Positions 1 through 13,732 of a DNA stretch of 64,000 bases are shown here, piece by piece. The notes beneath the pieces were generated by a model, which worked only from the letters and a program-made list of their open reading frames with translations, was not told the origin of the DNA and did no database searches. Within the stretch, counting starts at the first letter, position 1. The number at the start of each line of letters is the position of its first letter. Position numbers and translations under genes: made by a program. Origin of the DNA: Octopus vulgaris (taxonomy: Eukaryota); the NCBI GenBank assembly GCA_951406725.2, contig OX597828.1:8866001-8930000 (forward strand), given 5' to 3'.

Positions 1-562
1 TAAGTGAATGTAGCATGCTGGCACAGAAAGAATACAAGACAGGATAACCTAATGAGAATAATCCACTGGGAGTTATGTATAAAGTTGGGATTTTATGTAT
101 AAAGTTGGGATAATCATACTCATTAATAATATGATTATGAACCTAGTAAAGTACTAGAAAGAAAGAAATACAAGAAGTTGTGGGACTTTAGCATTCAGAC
201 TGACAGAGTAATAAAAGCTAGAAGACCTGCTTTAGTAGTAGCGGGTGAAGCGCATAGAAAATGTCACATAGTTGACTTTACAGACCCAACTCATGAAAAG
301 ATCAATATGAGCGGTATAGAAAATATAGCAAAGTACCAAGAGCTAGACATTAAATTATAGAGACTATGGAAAGTGCAGGCAAAATGCGTCCCAGTAGTTA
401 TAGGTGCATTGGCAACTATCCTCAAAGTTTGGAACAGATGTGAGAGGAAATAGGCATAATACCCAATTTAGTACAACTCCAGAAAACAGTGTTATGAGTG
501 AGAGCTAGGTTATTGGCATCTAAGGTTACTTAGGATCTTTTGACTTCCAACAGTCTAATCTG
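1..562 (+). mobile_element. R4/Dong-like non-LTR retrotransposon, 3' REL endonuclease fragment (decayed)
   Basis: Frames read IHWELC...WDFSIQTDRVIKARRP...IVDF...KYQEL...VPVVIGAL...LQKTVL, matching the REL motif set. Ends directly at (TAA)n. Confidence 0.88.
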
Positions 563-781
<219 letters not shown>

Positions 782-784
782 ATG

Positions 785-1000
785 GTTTCAAATTTTGCCA
801 ACAGCGAAGCAATTTTGGAGAGGGGCTTTGTCGATTACATCGACCCCAGTATTTCACTGGTGGTTAATTTATCGACCTCGAAATGATGAAAGTCGACCTC
901 GAAGGAATTCGAAGGAATTCGAAGTTAGATCGTAGCGAGGGATGAAATACCGCTAGGTATTTTGTCCGGTGTGCTAATAATTCTGCCAGTTCGCTGCCCT
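785..1000 (-). mobile_element. tRNA-derived SINE family 1, diverged copy
   Basis: Shares gtcgattacatcgaccccagt...tttatcgacc...tgctaataattctgccag with the young copies at 15540, 19957 and 23469. Confidence 0.75.
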
Positions 1001-3795
1001 CAAAAAATACCTGCGTCCACGGGTTGGCTCGAACTACTAAGCTTCCGGCTTTAAAAAATGCCTGCGTCTCTGTTTTGTCTCTTGTGATCATAATATTGCG
1101 ACAAAAGTGTTAGACAAGCTAAGAAAATGTGAAAATTTCCTAATGGAAATCGAACGGAAGTAAAAAGGTGCGTCGGTGGGGGGGGGGGGCATATGAAGGC
1201 GATTATAATACCAGTGATTGTTACGACCGTACGGATTACTGTTTGAAAATTATTTGAGAATCATTACCGAATTATCATCTCTGCAACAACTGCAAAAGAC
1301 TGTTTTACCCTGTACGTTTTGAAAACAATAACTTTTAACGTAAATATATAATTATATTTATTTTATTTTTACATAACTTTATTTGATTTTATAAGAGAAA
1401 ACAGTATCATGTTTTTTTCAGTGGTCAGTCAAACAGACACACTGAATTTCTTTGCCCCAGATGTCAGATGGACAGTCGGCAACAAAGGGAAACATAAGTG
1501 AAGGTAAAAAAAATACATATTAATAATAATAATACTAGCAGTTTTAATCGTTGGTGTTGTATATTTTCTGTATTAATACGTTATATTTTATTTAAAACAT
1601 AGATTCATTATGGTAACCAAGTCAGCGAATATCTTACAACTTTTCGACGTTGTTGTGCTTGATGTCTTTGAAGAACAGCAAGTTGTCTGACCATCAGAAT
1701 GGATAAGGATCTAGCACACCATAAGGTGATGGTTCGAAATGCATTTAAATATTTAATGCATTTAAATATTTAATGCAGTTAAATATGAAAATAGACAATC
1801 ACATACATGCAAGCCCACACGCATGCACAGTTACACACTCACCCACGTGCTCACACTCACGTGCACACACACACACAGACGCACACTCACCACATATAGT
1901 CTTGGTGTGCAAATTGCCTCTTGAAATATTCTGCCAATAAATACCTTTATATTTCAATGTTGCGTTGGTATATTAATAATTTCGAAATAAAATCAGTTGC
2001 ATTTGTTATTATTGTTTAACTCGAAGTTGGTTACATTCTGAAACGAGGAACTAATAACCAAAATCGTAGCAACCGTGCATTTCCTTTTTTGGAAATCGTT
2101 TTCCAAAAACATTATATTTCATACTATATAATTTACCGTATACAGTTTTGAAAAATGTAAATTACTTGTGAGAGGGAAATTTAGCTGCTATTTCAACAGA
2201 CCCATTAGTTGCGTAGAAGTACCCAGTTTTGTTTCATAAAAGTTTAGTGCAATACTTTTATGTGAACGTGAATATTAGTACGTATTTCTGTGTCAATGAT
2301 TCGCTTCCGCGATGTATTCAAGTAATTTTTGTCAACGAAACAAGTGGTTAATGTTCTCGTCATCTGGCTCGTAACATAAGCATTGGTTGAAGACATGTAT
2401 GCTCTTATCGTTAGGTCTATCTCTTTTCCACGTGAATAACCATGTTATTTGTATTTCTAAATCAATGATCAGCCATTTCCGTGAAGGAATCTCAAATTTC
2501 TTTAATGGTTGCACGGAACTCCAAACCACAGCATCTGAACAAAAACAATAGAACGAATATTTCAGTAAAGCAACAAAAGACAAAAGAAAAATAACGACAC
2601 AAACAATAACAACGAACTGTAACATAATAGATTCGATTAGAAAACAACAACAAATACAAGAAATCTCTGAAACGTTTGGCTTTCATTACACTGTATCAAG
2701 TTGTGTCATTATATTACGCGGGGAAAGCAAGTAGCAAGTGAAGATATAACTTTTCCTTTATAATTATACACAGCAACCAATATATACGTATCATTTTTTC
2801 TCCCATTTTCTCTCCCGCTCATCTTCTCTTACACTAACACTCTCTTATCCTCTTTCTTTCTCACGAGGTTTTTCTTTCTTTTTCTCTTATTTTCTCCAGA
2901 TAACAGTCAGTTAATACAAGAGTATTAATTATTATTTTTCAGCACTAGATGTTACCATACTTAATCCTTTTACATTGCACCCCGAAACAATATCATATTA
3001 CGCATTTACTCATGTATTTTTTCTCCTTTCTACACATCGCATCACGTCTTCAGATTCAAAATTTACATTGATATACGCAGTATGTCTCCTCCTTCTACTC
3101 TTCTACTCATCGCCACCACCAACCTACTTCCAGTCTAATACATTCATCTTAAAAACTTCTCATCAAATCTCATTGTTATTTCTTTGTCCTCTTGCATCTT
3201 CACTTGATTACTTCACCAAAACAAGTTTACCCATTATTATTTGTCAGTAGACCTTGATCAATCTCTTTTTAATGTTTGACCCTGGAGGGTGGTGTTTTGT
3301 ACCTGTTATAACTGCTTTTTGTCGCTATTGTTATCAGCGCACCTCACACACAGCATGATGGACTCTGTAATGTAATAAGTTTTCTTGATTCCAAATGTCG
3401 CATGTTATCTTTCAGTTTAGATTGCTGAAAGGTTTCACGTTGTATATAATCATTTATCCTTGAATAAATCATTTACTCTCTTGCACTCGCTGACTGCCTT
3501 CAGTCACACTAATTTTTCAAAGAAATGTATGCAGACGAATACACACACAGAAATGCGCGCACTCATACACACACACACACACACACACACAGAATACACA
3601 CATAAAACCTCATACACAAACATATAATAGCATATTGAAGTCGAATCAGACACGTACACGCAAAATAAGTGTACGTATGAATGCATATATGTATCCGTGT
3701 AAATAAATATTCATATATACTTACACACATATACATGCACATACACAAACAGTACACATAAATACCACATGAAACATACATACATATCCCACCAC

Positions 3796-3805
<10 letters not shown>

Positions 3806-3861
<56 letters not shown>

Positions 3862-3952
3862 CTATGTGAATGTGTATGTGCGTGTGTGTGTGTGTGTGTA
3901 TATGTGTGTGTGTGACTATGTGAATGTGTATGTGCGTGTGTGTGTGTGTGTG
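3806..3952. repeat. (TG)n compound microsatellite with a duplicated interrupting unit
   Basis: gactatgtgaatgtgtatgtgcgtg occurs twice inside the TG tract. Confidence 0.9.
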
Positions 3953-4317
3953 TATAAAAGTGAGGGAGAGAAGGGCGTAAACAAAGTAGACAGGCAAACA
4001 AACAGATAGACAGACAGACACAGAAAATGAGTTCCACTTCACATAATATTATAAGCAATGCAAAAATTATGTATGATTCCCAGTTCAATGATCAAATTTC
4101 AGTCCATCAAACGAGGAAGGGAGACAACTTTGGTATTTTTCTTCATTTCAATTAGAAATGTGCATGCTGTGAGGGGGGGGGTATGTAATTATAAAGTAAT
4201 CTTTTTGGCAGGCATTTTAAGTAGGACTTACACATAAGTCCAGCAGAGACTTTTCCTAATTTCTAAACTGGCGAATAAGAGAATTTATGTATGTATGTAT
4301 GTATGTATGTATGTATG

Positions 4318-4368
<51 letters not shown>

Positions 4369-4370
4369 AT

Positions 4371-4640
4371 ATACTTTATAATTAGGGTTTAGCAAAGATT
4401 TGCCTCACCACATACCGAAGTTTAGAAATAGCAGCCAAAAAACCTTATCTATTTCCTCTACTTTAAAAATAATTTTTTTCTTCTTTTTGCGGGAGTCCCT
4501 TTTTAAAGTAGAGAAAATAGCTAAGGTTTTTTCGCTGCTACTTACACTAATTATAAAGTATCACTTAAGTTTACCGTGAAATGGACCTTTTTCATGCCAA
4601 ACTCTTCTTGGTGAAATTATTAATTACTACTTAATGAATG
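4371..4640. mobile_element. Short fold-back repeat element with nested inverted repeats, between (TA)n tracts; homologous to 61203-61600
   Basis: 15-bp IR at 4371-4385/4547-4561 and 41-bp IR at 4429-4469/4500-4540 (3 mismatches). Shared motifs with the 61.2 kb copy. Confidence 0.75.
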
Positions 4641-4661
4641 AATTTTACCCTTTGTTATTAT

Positions 4662-4731
<70 letters not shown>

Positions 4732-5730
4732 GTATATGATTGTATGATCGGGTATACAGTTTGTAGTCTGATGTTTAATGACCGTTCAAAATAACAACAG
4801 TATATAGACAGGTATGAGGAGACATATATACACATAGGACTGTTTGTACATCATCTCACCTACAAGGTAACACTGCATAACGGGACAAAACGATCGTCTT
4901 GAAGAATTTCATGAATTAAATGAATTTCTTTTTCTCATATTTCATATGTATGTATGTATGTATGCATGCATGCATCCATGCATGTATGCATGTATGCGTA
5001 TATGTATGCATGTATGCGTATATGTATGTATGCATGCATGTATGCATGCATATATATAAAGATATGGAAACTTTTGAAGGGCTAGCAAGCCAAAATATAT
5101 TATAATAGCTTGAAGAAATAGTGGAGGACATTTTCTTCCTGGAAAATAAATGACTAAATTATAGTATATTTTTTTATTGATCAATTAAGATATGTTTTAT
5201 AACTTTCAGATTCGTAGATGGTGCTTCGTATGATTAATTTATATTTTGCATATGATTTCCTGCTCTGAAAAGGCCAAACTTATATTACAACGTGGCAGGG
5301 AGAGAGAGTAGAACATTTATTGAACGTAACATCGCGTAGGTTCTTTGTGAAATGCACATCATATATTCAAAGAAATAACTGGTTATTATTATTGTCATGT
5401 GATTAATATCATGCATATTTGGTCAGAATCTTTACAAAGGCCTGTACGCGCATGACTGGGTGGAGAATGACCAAAAACCGAGTACATATCGCTGGCAGTT
5501 TAACAGACACAGAATAAGTCTTAGGGATAAAATATACCAGATACCATATTTAAATTTTAAATACCTTTAGAAAGAGAAATAAACGAAGAAAGATAAAGCG
5601 TTCGTAAGACAAATGTATATTCCCACAAATATTGAAATGCATTGCACGTGTTTGTGTGTGTGTGTAAGAGAGAGAGTATGTGTGCGTGTGTGTATGCGTG
5701 TCTGTCTACATCTGTATATATGCATGTCTG

Positions 5731-5789
<59 letters not shown>

Positions 5790-5799
5790 GGTGAGAGAG

Positions 5800-5930
5800 A
5801 GGCGCAAAACTGGTTGTGTGGTCATTACTTTACTTCCCATCTCCATTGTCCGGAGTCATTTCTTCTAATACGACCTTGGCCCGACAAAGCCTTGTGAGTG
5901 GATTTGACTGACAGAACTTGAAAGAACCTG
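5800..5930 (+). mobile_element. SINE family 2, 5' fragment
   Basis: ggcgcaaaactggttgtgtggt...aaagccttgtgagtggatttg matches the head of 49999-50392. Confidence 0.65.
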
Positions 5931-6767
5931 AAATTTGATGCAGCTTCTCTGCTCAACGTTCTCTGTTATGGTCAATGCGACGATCGCACTCTACACACCT
6001 ACCTTCCTAACATTGCTGTAGACATCAGAAATGAACTAGACAGTTAAAACTTAGTGTACATGCACATGAGAGATCAAGGTCAATCTGGGCGAAGCAGCTT
6101 TAGTCTGTATGCTTTAGCTTCGTAACTATAGCAACAGTCCGGATAGTTATTGACCACACCACGTGTGTCTGTGTGTGGTTTTCTTTGTATGTATTCGTGT
6201 GCACGTGTGCATGTGTGTGTGTGTGTATGCATGTGTCTCTATGTTTGTAAGTCAGACCATTGCACGTAGCTAGATGACATTTTTCATAGCGGTACAAACT
6301 TTGAAGTCGATCGATATAGATTATGAGAATTGTTTTAAAATAATTTTCTCATAGCTTTGGATAGAAAACAAATAAATTCTAAAACTATGGTGTTCAGCCA
6401 AGGCCTTCAATAGTCACTCGACTATTTGCAGATTAAGAAACTAATTCATTTAGGAAACATTATTTTGAATATGAGCTATGTTTTTGCAAGAAAGTTGGCA
6501 AAAATCTGGCAAAAACTTGTATTTTAGTTTTTATAAGCGTTTCTATAATTTTTTACCAGATGAAGAAATTCAAATTCAATAATTTTCTCAGATAATTTGG
6601 AAATAAAATTTATAATGGAATAGACACTCCTTGGTAGATTAAAAATAAATGATAGCAACCTTCAAAAGTAATTTACACCAAATATGGTAATTGCATGTCA
6701 AGTATTTTAAATAATAATAAACCTGGTTATGTATTAGTGCGACCTCAATTTCTGTACAACTATGCGT

Positions 6768-6783
6768 CTATCTATATATCTAC

Positions 6784-6871
<88 letters not shown>

Positions 6872-7020
6872 ACATATATACACACATGCATGCATGCATA
6901 CATGCATACATACATGCATACATACATACATACATACATACATACATGCATACATACATACATACATACATACATACATACATACATACATACATACATA
7001 CATACATACATACATACATA
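6768..7020. repeat. (TCTA)n-(TACA)n compound tetranucleotide repeat
   Basis: Direct inspection. Confidence 0.95.
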
Positions 7021-7490
7021 CGATAGAGCACCAAATGATCCTCGAATAGTTCTGTAGCCCACTACCAGATGACAGTACACGGTTGCGTGCACAGTGACAG
7101 CGACCAGTAAATTTCATGAGGCAGTGTGCCAAGTAACATCTCTGAGTTTACTTCACAAATTTTGAAACGTGTGCTTTTGCGAATACGTGTAAGCGGTAGT
7201 CTGCAATTTTACCTGAAACTGCTGCAGAGATGTTGAGCATGCTTCGGCAAGCTTACAGTTACGAGGCAATGGAACGTACGAAATGCTTCGAGTGGCACGA
7301 GCGCCTCATAAGCGGAAGAATAAACTCTGGAAGATGATAAGAGACCTGGAAGTCCCACCACAAGAGTAAGCTCCGGATATGTGGTATTGTGCATTAGGAA
7401 TTCGTCCTGAGAGCGAAACCGTGAATCGAGAGTTCTAATGTGACGTTTGAAGCATATGAGGTAGCATATTCGGAGGGAGCGACATATTTA
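7021..7490 (+). mobile_element. Mariner-family transposon relic, internally deleted
   Basis: ETAAEMLSMLRQAY...CFEWHERL...LEDDKRPGSP (mariner HTH) is joined to GIVH*EFV...TVNREF*CDV (catalytic region). Starts after a TA. Confidence 0.8.
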
Positions 7491-7500
7491 GACATACAGA

Positions 7501-7870
7501 GGCGCAATGGCCCAGTGGTTTGGGCAGAGCATTTGCGGTCGTAGAAATCGCGGTTTAGATTTTCCAGACCGGGCGTTGTGAGTGTTTATTGAGCGAAAAC
7601 ACCTAAAACTCCACGAGGCTCCGAGAAGGGGTGGTTGTGAACCTTGCTGTACTCTTACAACACAAGTTTCTCTCACTGTTTCTGTTGTACCTCTATTTCA
7701 AAGGCCAGACTTGTCACACTATGTGTCACTCTGAATCTCCCCGAGAAATACGTTAAGGGTACACGTGTCTCCGGATTGCTTAGCCACTTGCATATTAATT
7801 TCACAAGCAGGCTGTTCGGTTGATCGGATCAACTAGAACCCTCGTCGTCGTAACCGACCGAGTGCCTTGG
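7501..7870 (+). mobile_element. tRNA-derived SINE family 3 (long-body variant)
   Basis: A-box tggcccagtgg and B-box-like ggtttagatttt. Head shared with 31876-32170 and 44488-44673. Confidence 0.85.
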
Positions 7871-7965
7871 CGAAGACGATTTAGGCATAGAGACATATAT
7901 GCATACATACATACATACATACATACATACATACATACATACATACATACATACATACATACATA

Positions 7966-8017
<52 letters not shown>

Positions 8018-8629
8018 CAGACAGAAAGACATACAGAGATGAGCTTGTGTATGTGTCTACGTTTGGAGAGAGAGGGAAAGAAATCGAATAAAGGAAAGAG
8101 TGGTAGAGATATAGAGAGTGTAGTAGAATGTGTATTGAAAACAAAGTGTAATGAAATTGAAAGAAAACGAAGAAAATAAAAGAAATAGTGGCATGAGATG
8201 AATACGTGAGCGGGGAGAGACTGTTTGAGAAAGACAGACGGGGGGAACATAATGAAAGAGACAACTTACTAGCATGTGAAACCAAACAACCCATTACCAC
8301 AAATGAGAGACCGGAAGTTAAAAGCAACTCACTTAATTAATTTGAATATCTGCCGTGGTAACTTTTGTTCAAGAATGCTCATAGTTCACCAGGGTATAGC
8401 GATTGAATAACTTAATCTTGTTATCAGCAATATATAATCGTAACCTGCTAAATTGCTTGAGATGATTCATTTATCAATAAATTTATTCCCGAACATGTAC
8501 TTGTTAAATGTCCACTTGCAGTTTACTTGTATTGGATCTGACAATTAGGAAAAGACTGTACATTCATGGTGATACTAATGATATTAATAATAACGATAGC
8601 AACAACAATACTAATGATACTTATTGATT

Positions 8630-8800
8630 TTGGAACGACCATAAAATGTGTAGAAACGTACATAAACAAAACTCATGGTATATACTTATGCAGAACATTG
8701 AGAAAATTGCTGTAGCACGTACCACACATGCACGAAGCAGAACACAGCAGTACTCAGTAGGGCAATGAATGTATGCAATAAAAATATGGAAGCTAAATAA
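8630..8800 (+). mobile_element. R4/Dong-like extreme 3' fragment
   Basis: MQNIEKIAVARTTHARSRT resembles the LQKIAILGTAHILRK C-terminus. Flanked by degenerate TAA repeats. Confidence 0.45.
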
Positions 8801-8960
8801 GGATAATGATGATGATCGCTATGATAATACTGATAATAAAAATAACAATAATAAGAACAATAAGAATATTCTTTTATAATATACGCACAGCAATTTTGGA
8901 AGAGGGTGGTCTAGTCGATTAAATTAACTCCAGTACTTGACTGGTACTTATTTTTTGTTT

Positions 8961-9410
8961 AGTATAGTAAATGTCTTTATAAGTCAACCCCACGTCCTAC
9001 TGCGTCAGCAGTACTTACTACATAATGGGTAATAAGTGTATATGTCATATTTCGAGGGTTTTGTCTCTTCATCAGCACCCATCTAACATACTATCGCCTC
9101 CGCATAAAGCGGCGTTAAGTTGTTGGATGTACTAAATTCCATAATAAACGCATTCCTAGAACTGGTATGTAGATATTAATGACAGGTAGGAAAAGTTTTA
9201 CTCATTTTGTTTTCTGCATCCTTGTTTGTTTACATCTGACATCTTGATACGAAACTTTGTGGCAAAAAAGCAATGCTGGGTATAATTTCTGTGAAAATAA
9301 CCTTAACAAAATAACGTAGTAAGTACTGCTGACGCAGTAGATTGTGTTGTTGACTTATAAAAACATTTAATATACTTTATAGTATATTATGGTTGCATAA
9401 CGAAATATCA
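8961..9410. mobile_element. Hammerhead-bearing non-coding element (Penelope pLTR-like) with ~60-bp inverted repeats
   Basis: IR at about 8961-9021 vs 9316-9376. Homologous to 32700-33200. Confidence 0.7.
9032..9082 (-). ncRNA. Type I hammerhead ribozyme (minimal stem III)
   Basis: AUGGGUG-CUGAUGA-A GAG ACAAAACC CUC-GAAA-UAUG A CAUA-UA/CACUUAU: intact core, 7-bp stem I (2 GU pairs), near-palindromic stem III. Confidence 0.75.
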
Positions 9411-9785
9411 CATGTTGGTCGACAAGATGCACCACATGTGCTATACAGTTGATACTGCGTGCCACTTTGATCCAAGAATAGTCGAGAAGGAAGACGAAAA
9501 ATTAGATAAATACAATACTCTTAAGTACGAAATAGCTCGGCTGTGAAAAATGAAGGTGAAGATAGTGCCAATTATTATTGGGTCCTTGGGAACAGTATCA
9601 GAAGGGGAATATAAAGGAAATTGGAATAGAGTACTCAGTAGAACTGTTAGAAATGGTTTGCCTCTTTGGCACGGCCAGAATAATCAGGAAAGTATTAGAT
9701 AGCTAAAACGAATGGATAGCATGGTGCCATAGATTGCAGGTAATAAGACTCCAGGAGTTCCAACAAACTTGCGATAAAAAGAAAA
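9411..9785 (+). mobile_element. R4/Dong-like 3' REL fragment
   Basis: MLVDKMHHMCYTVDTACHFDPRIVEKEDEKLDKYNTLKYEIARL*KMKVKIVPIIIGSLG...GTARIIRKVL, ending at TAA repeats. Confidence 0.88.
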
Positions 9786-9967
9786 TAATAATAATGATGA
9801 CGATAATAATAATAATAAATAAATAAATAAATAATACACGGAAGTGTAAGAACTTTTCGCAATGTACTTGAAGCATGGCCACTACACATGTGTTACCTTA
9901 GTGTGCTGTGTGTGCCAGCCGATACCTTCCATTATACCTAGCAAAACAAGCAGAAACTTTTCATGAA

Positions 9968-9982
9968 TTATTATTATTATTA

Positions 9983-10044
<62 letters not shown>

Positions 10045-10067
10045 GTTATTATTATTATTATTATTAT
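9968..10067. repeat. (TTA)n microsatellite at the 3' end of the minus-strand LINE
   Basis: Direct inspection. Confidence 0.95.
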
Positions 10068-13000
10068 ATTCATCATTATAAAATAACAGTTCAATATTTG
10101 GTAGATTGAGGCACCAGCTACACCTCCGTGTTGCTGGGGTGTGTGCCGCATTATGTGTTTTTTTCTGCTGGTGGAAGTTTATGCCACTGGATAAATACTG
10201 TACTTATAGTGTCTTGTATTTGTGGGTTGTTTTGTTTAGCTTTTATTATTGGATTGGTAGTGTCTTGCTTAGAATGTCGGCAGTTCTTAGCCGGGCTTTA
10301 TTTTGAACAGTGAGTAGTGTTTTCTTTTCATCTTGTCCATTGCTCCTATTATTACTGGTATTGTTTTTACCTTCGTGTCCCACATTTTGAATACTTCAAG
10401 TTCTAGGTCTTTGTACTTCTCTTTTGATGATATTTTGATCAGAGGGAAGGCTATGCCTATCAGGTAGCATGGATTTTCCCCCCAATCCTTGACTATTATG
10501 TCTCGGCGATTAGCATTTATTTCTTTGTCGGTTTAAACCAACATATCTCATACGATTGTGGCCTGGTCATTGTATTGTACGTTGTTTGGAGCATGCTTAT
10601 CCCAACTGTTGTCAGTTTTAGTGTTTTGTTGTTAGCATATTGTCCAGTGGATATAACTGCTTACTTTGACGTGTCGGTATATATATTCAGCCTTGGCAAG
10701 GACTGGCCAACTGTCTTATTGTGATGGTTGCACATTCTGCATTTGGTGCTGAAGCCTGTTTCTATTATGTTGTTTTTATAATTGTTTGTAGTCAGGTATT
10801 GGTCTTATGCAGCGAGTATCAGTCCTTATAACCCATTGCTTTTGAGCCATTGTTGGCTACCTTCCTTTCTGTTAAGCCTCGCAGGGTATTGGCATGGAAG
10901 TGATTTTTTTCTCTCCATTTCTTCTTCAGTATAATTTTAAATTCAGCTTTTATGTTGCTTTTTTCTCTTTAATCCTTTCTGCTATGTTGTCATCTGAGGT
11001 TAGTGTGTCAGTGTAGGGTGTTTCTGTTTTGTATTTTGTCGCCTCCCCGTGTATCGAGAAAAGCATTTTCCTTTTCTCGTGTTGCTTTACTACATAGAGT
11101 AGTCTTCTACACTTTGTTTCTAAGTACTTTTCTAGTCCAACTGTTGTTATTTTATAGTAATTCTGTATTAGGCCACCGTGTCCTTCTGAACGGGGTAAAT
11201 ATATTCTATCTGCGTCTGCTTTTAGGAGATGACTTCGGTACGCTGTTAGTAGTTTTCTGGTTTTTCTGTCTAGGTTTCTCAATTCTCTTATCTTCCAGTG
11301 CATTATGTTAAATCTGTAATTTACTACTGTTATGGCTAATGTGTTTATCCCTATTATCTTATTGTTAGCAGTTCAGTGTTTAATATTAGTCTAACTCTTC
11401 TAATCTTCTCTTTCATTTCTGTGTGTTGCATTTTAGCTGTTTCGTCTATTCCTATATATTGGTATGGGCGGTTGTGGTCTAATTCTTTAATTTCTTTGTC
11501 TATGTCGAGTGTAGTGTTTTCAGTGCTGAATAATATGCCTCTTCTCAGTGTCGCCCTGATATATTTGTCGAGCCCCATGCTCATTCCGATGTCATTGCTG
11601 GAAATCTGGACAATGTTAATAAACTTTCTCTCTGCCATGGTGTTTTTAGCTAAAAGTTTTAGGTCATCCATGTAAAGGAGATGGTTTATTCTTTGTTCAT
11701 AGTGATTTCCTTTAACAAGTCTTTTAGCAATCTCAGAGAAAGGCAGAAAAGCAGGGGTAACAGTGAGTTTCCCTGAACATTCCATCTTCTTATGGGTATA
11801 GGGTAGGTTTTAATAACTTATAAGTCATTTTTTAATATTATACTGGTTTTCCAGTTTGCCATACCATGTTTAATATATTTTAGTAGTGGAGGAACTACCT
11901 TATTCTGGTTCAGAGATTCCTGTACACATGAGGATGCATTTTGGCAATCAATCAAAGTCCTGTTCAGGTTTATCTTTCTCCTCTTACAGTCCTTTATAAT
12001 GCCTCGGTTTAAGAGAAGTTGCTCTTTACAGCCATATGTCCAGTTTCGCGTTGATTCTGGCTCACTTACCAGTAAATTGAACTCTGTCACTAAGTGGTTA
12101 TGGGTACTGGTGTTGTGTTTCAACCAGAAGATGGGGACCTTGTCTATACCTGGAGTTTTCCAGTTGCTGAAACTCCTCAGTATGTCCATGATCTCTTGGC
12201 CTGTGCTGATGGGCCATATATGTTGTTCTACTGTGTTCTTCATTTCTGTTTCATTATTAATCCACTGAGCATTTTTGTTGCTTTTTTAGTTTGCTCCATA
12301 TTGCTTCACAGTATGAATCAATCGCTGATGTTGTTGGCATGGCATCTATTGATACCGTTGTCTTTCTTTCTTTTCTTTTTTTGCTTAATTTTCTATAAAA
12401 CTTTTTGTGTTTATTTTGAATTCTCTATTTTGTTCAAAGTAACGTTCCCGTTTTTCATACTGATTCATGCTGCTATGCCCTGCTAAAGTTTTCCTTTTAC
12501 CTCCAAGGAATCTTCTTTAATTTTTATGCTGAATTTTTTTGTTATATGAGGCTTTATTTTTCATCTTTCATATTTGATCCCGTTCTCTTTCATTCAGAAA
12601 ACTTGTGATAAGACTTTCTTCTGTTTTTGAATTATATTTGTCACGATCTAATTCCATTTTGGGGTTTGATATTTGGCTACTTTTTTTTTCTTTGTAAGGG
12701 TCAAGTTCAGTTTCCCCAGATATGGCTACAGCTGTTAAGTAGATGAAGCCATTTAGTTTGTTCATATCTAGTGTATATTTTGAGATGGTCATTATTACTT
12801 GTAAGGCTCTGTCGTATCTATTTACCCTTTCATAGAGCTGTTTATTTTTCTGTAGCCTGGCGAGACTTTTATGCTGGTACATATTTATCGACTGCGTAAT
12901 GTTTAGTTTTTCTACTTTTGATATTTCTTCAGTCTCCATCCTCGGTTGTAGCTGGTTTGTTATATTGTGTGTTATTTTGTTTGTTGTCATTTTGCGCTTC

Positions 13001-13678
13001 AATATTCGTCTGTGTATGTGTGTTGTGGACATGATCTGCTGTTTATGTATTTCTGTGTTGGTTAGCTGTGTAAAGATATTATCTTGGTTTAGCCTCCGTT
13101 TTACTGTTTGCAGTGTTATCTCTGTTGTATTCCCTTCTTTCTTTTGTGGTCTCTTATGCGTTTTCGGAGACATAATGTCTGATGTACTGTTTTTGCCTGA
13201 TTGCGACTCTTTGTTTTGAGTTATGAGGTATTTTGTTTTATTTCCGTGTGTATTTTATCTATTAGATTGTCTATTTCGGCTTGGGGCACTTTTTTCCTTT
13301 CGCGGGGTATATAGCCGGACATTTGCAAGAGTAGTCTCCGAGAAATTTCTTCTTCAGGCAGTATTTCTTCTCCATATTTGGTATGTTTCTCCTGTTATCC
13401 CTATGTTTACCGGGTATAGTTTTGCAGTGTAGAATGCATGTAGCACTTCGATGTAGTCGTCATGTGTCCACCGTTCTATTTTAGGTTCGTTTATCACTTG
13501 GGCAGTGGCATTAGGAGAGGGTGTGCCTGTTCAGAATTAACTTTTCGGCAAAACACCGTGGGGATTTTTCGTGTCTCGAGCTCCGCAAGATCATCGATAA
13601 AACTTCACCTCTAATTGCTTTCGAAATTTTATTACCGAGTATATCTGTTCCATAACAAAAATAATGATGATGATGATG

Positions 13679-13732
<54 letters not shown>

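Noticed and set aside
1737-1787. 17-bp unit repeated three times (aatgcatttaaatattt)
   Set aside because: Simple local tandem duplication with no spacers; not CRISPR-like
2332-2625. ORF ending CLCYEPDDENINHLFR, resembling a LINE zinc finger
   Set aside because: Only a partial motif with no supporting upstream domains
9835-9965. Possible extra R4 3' tip (GSVRTFRNVLEA)
   Set aside because: Too short to support separately
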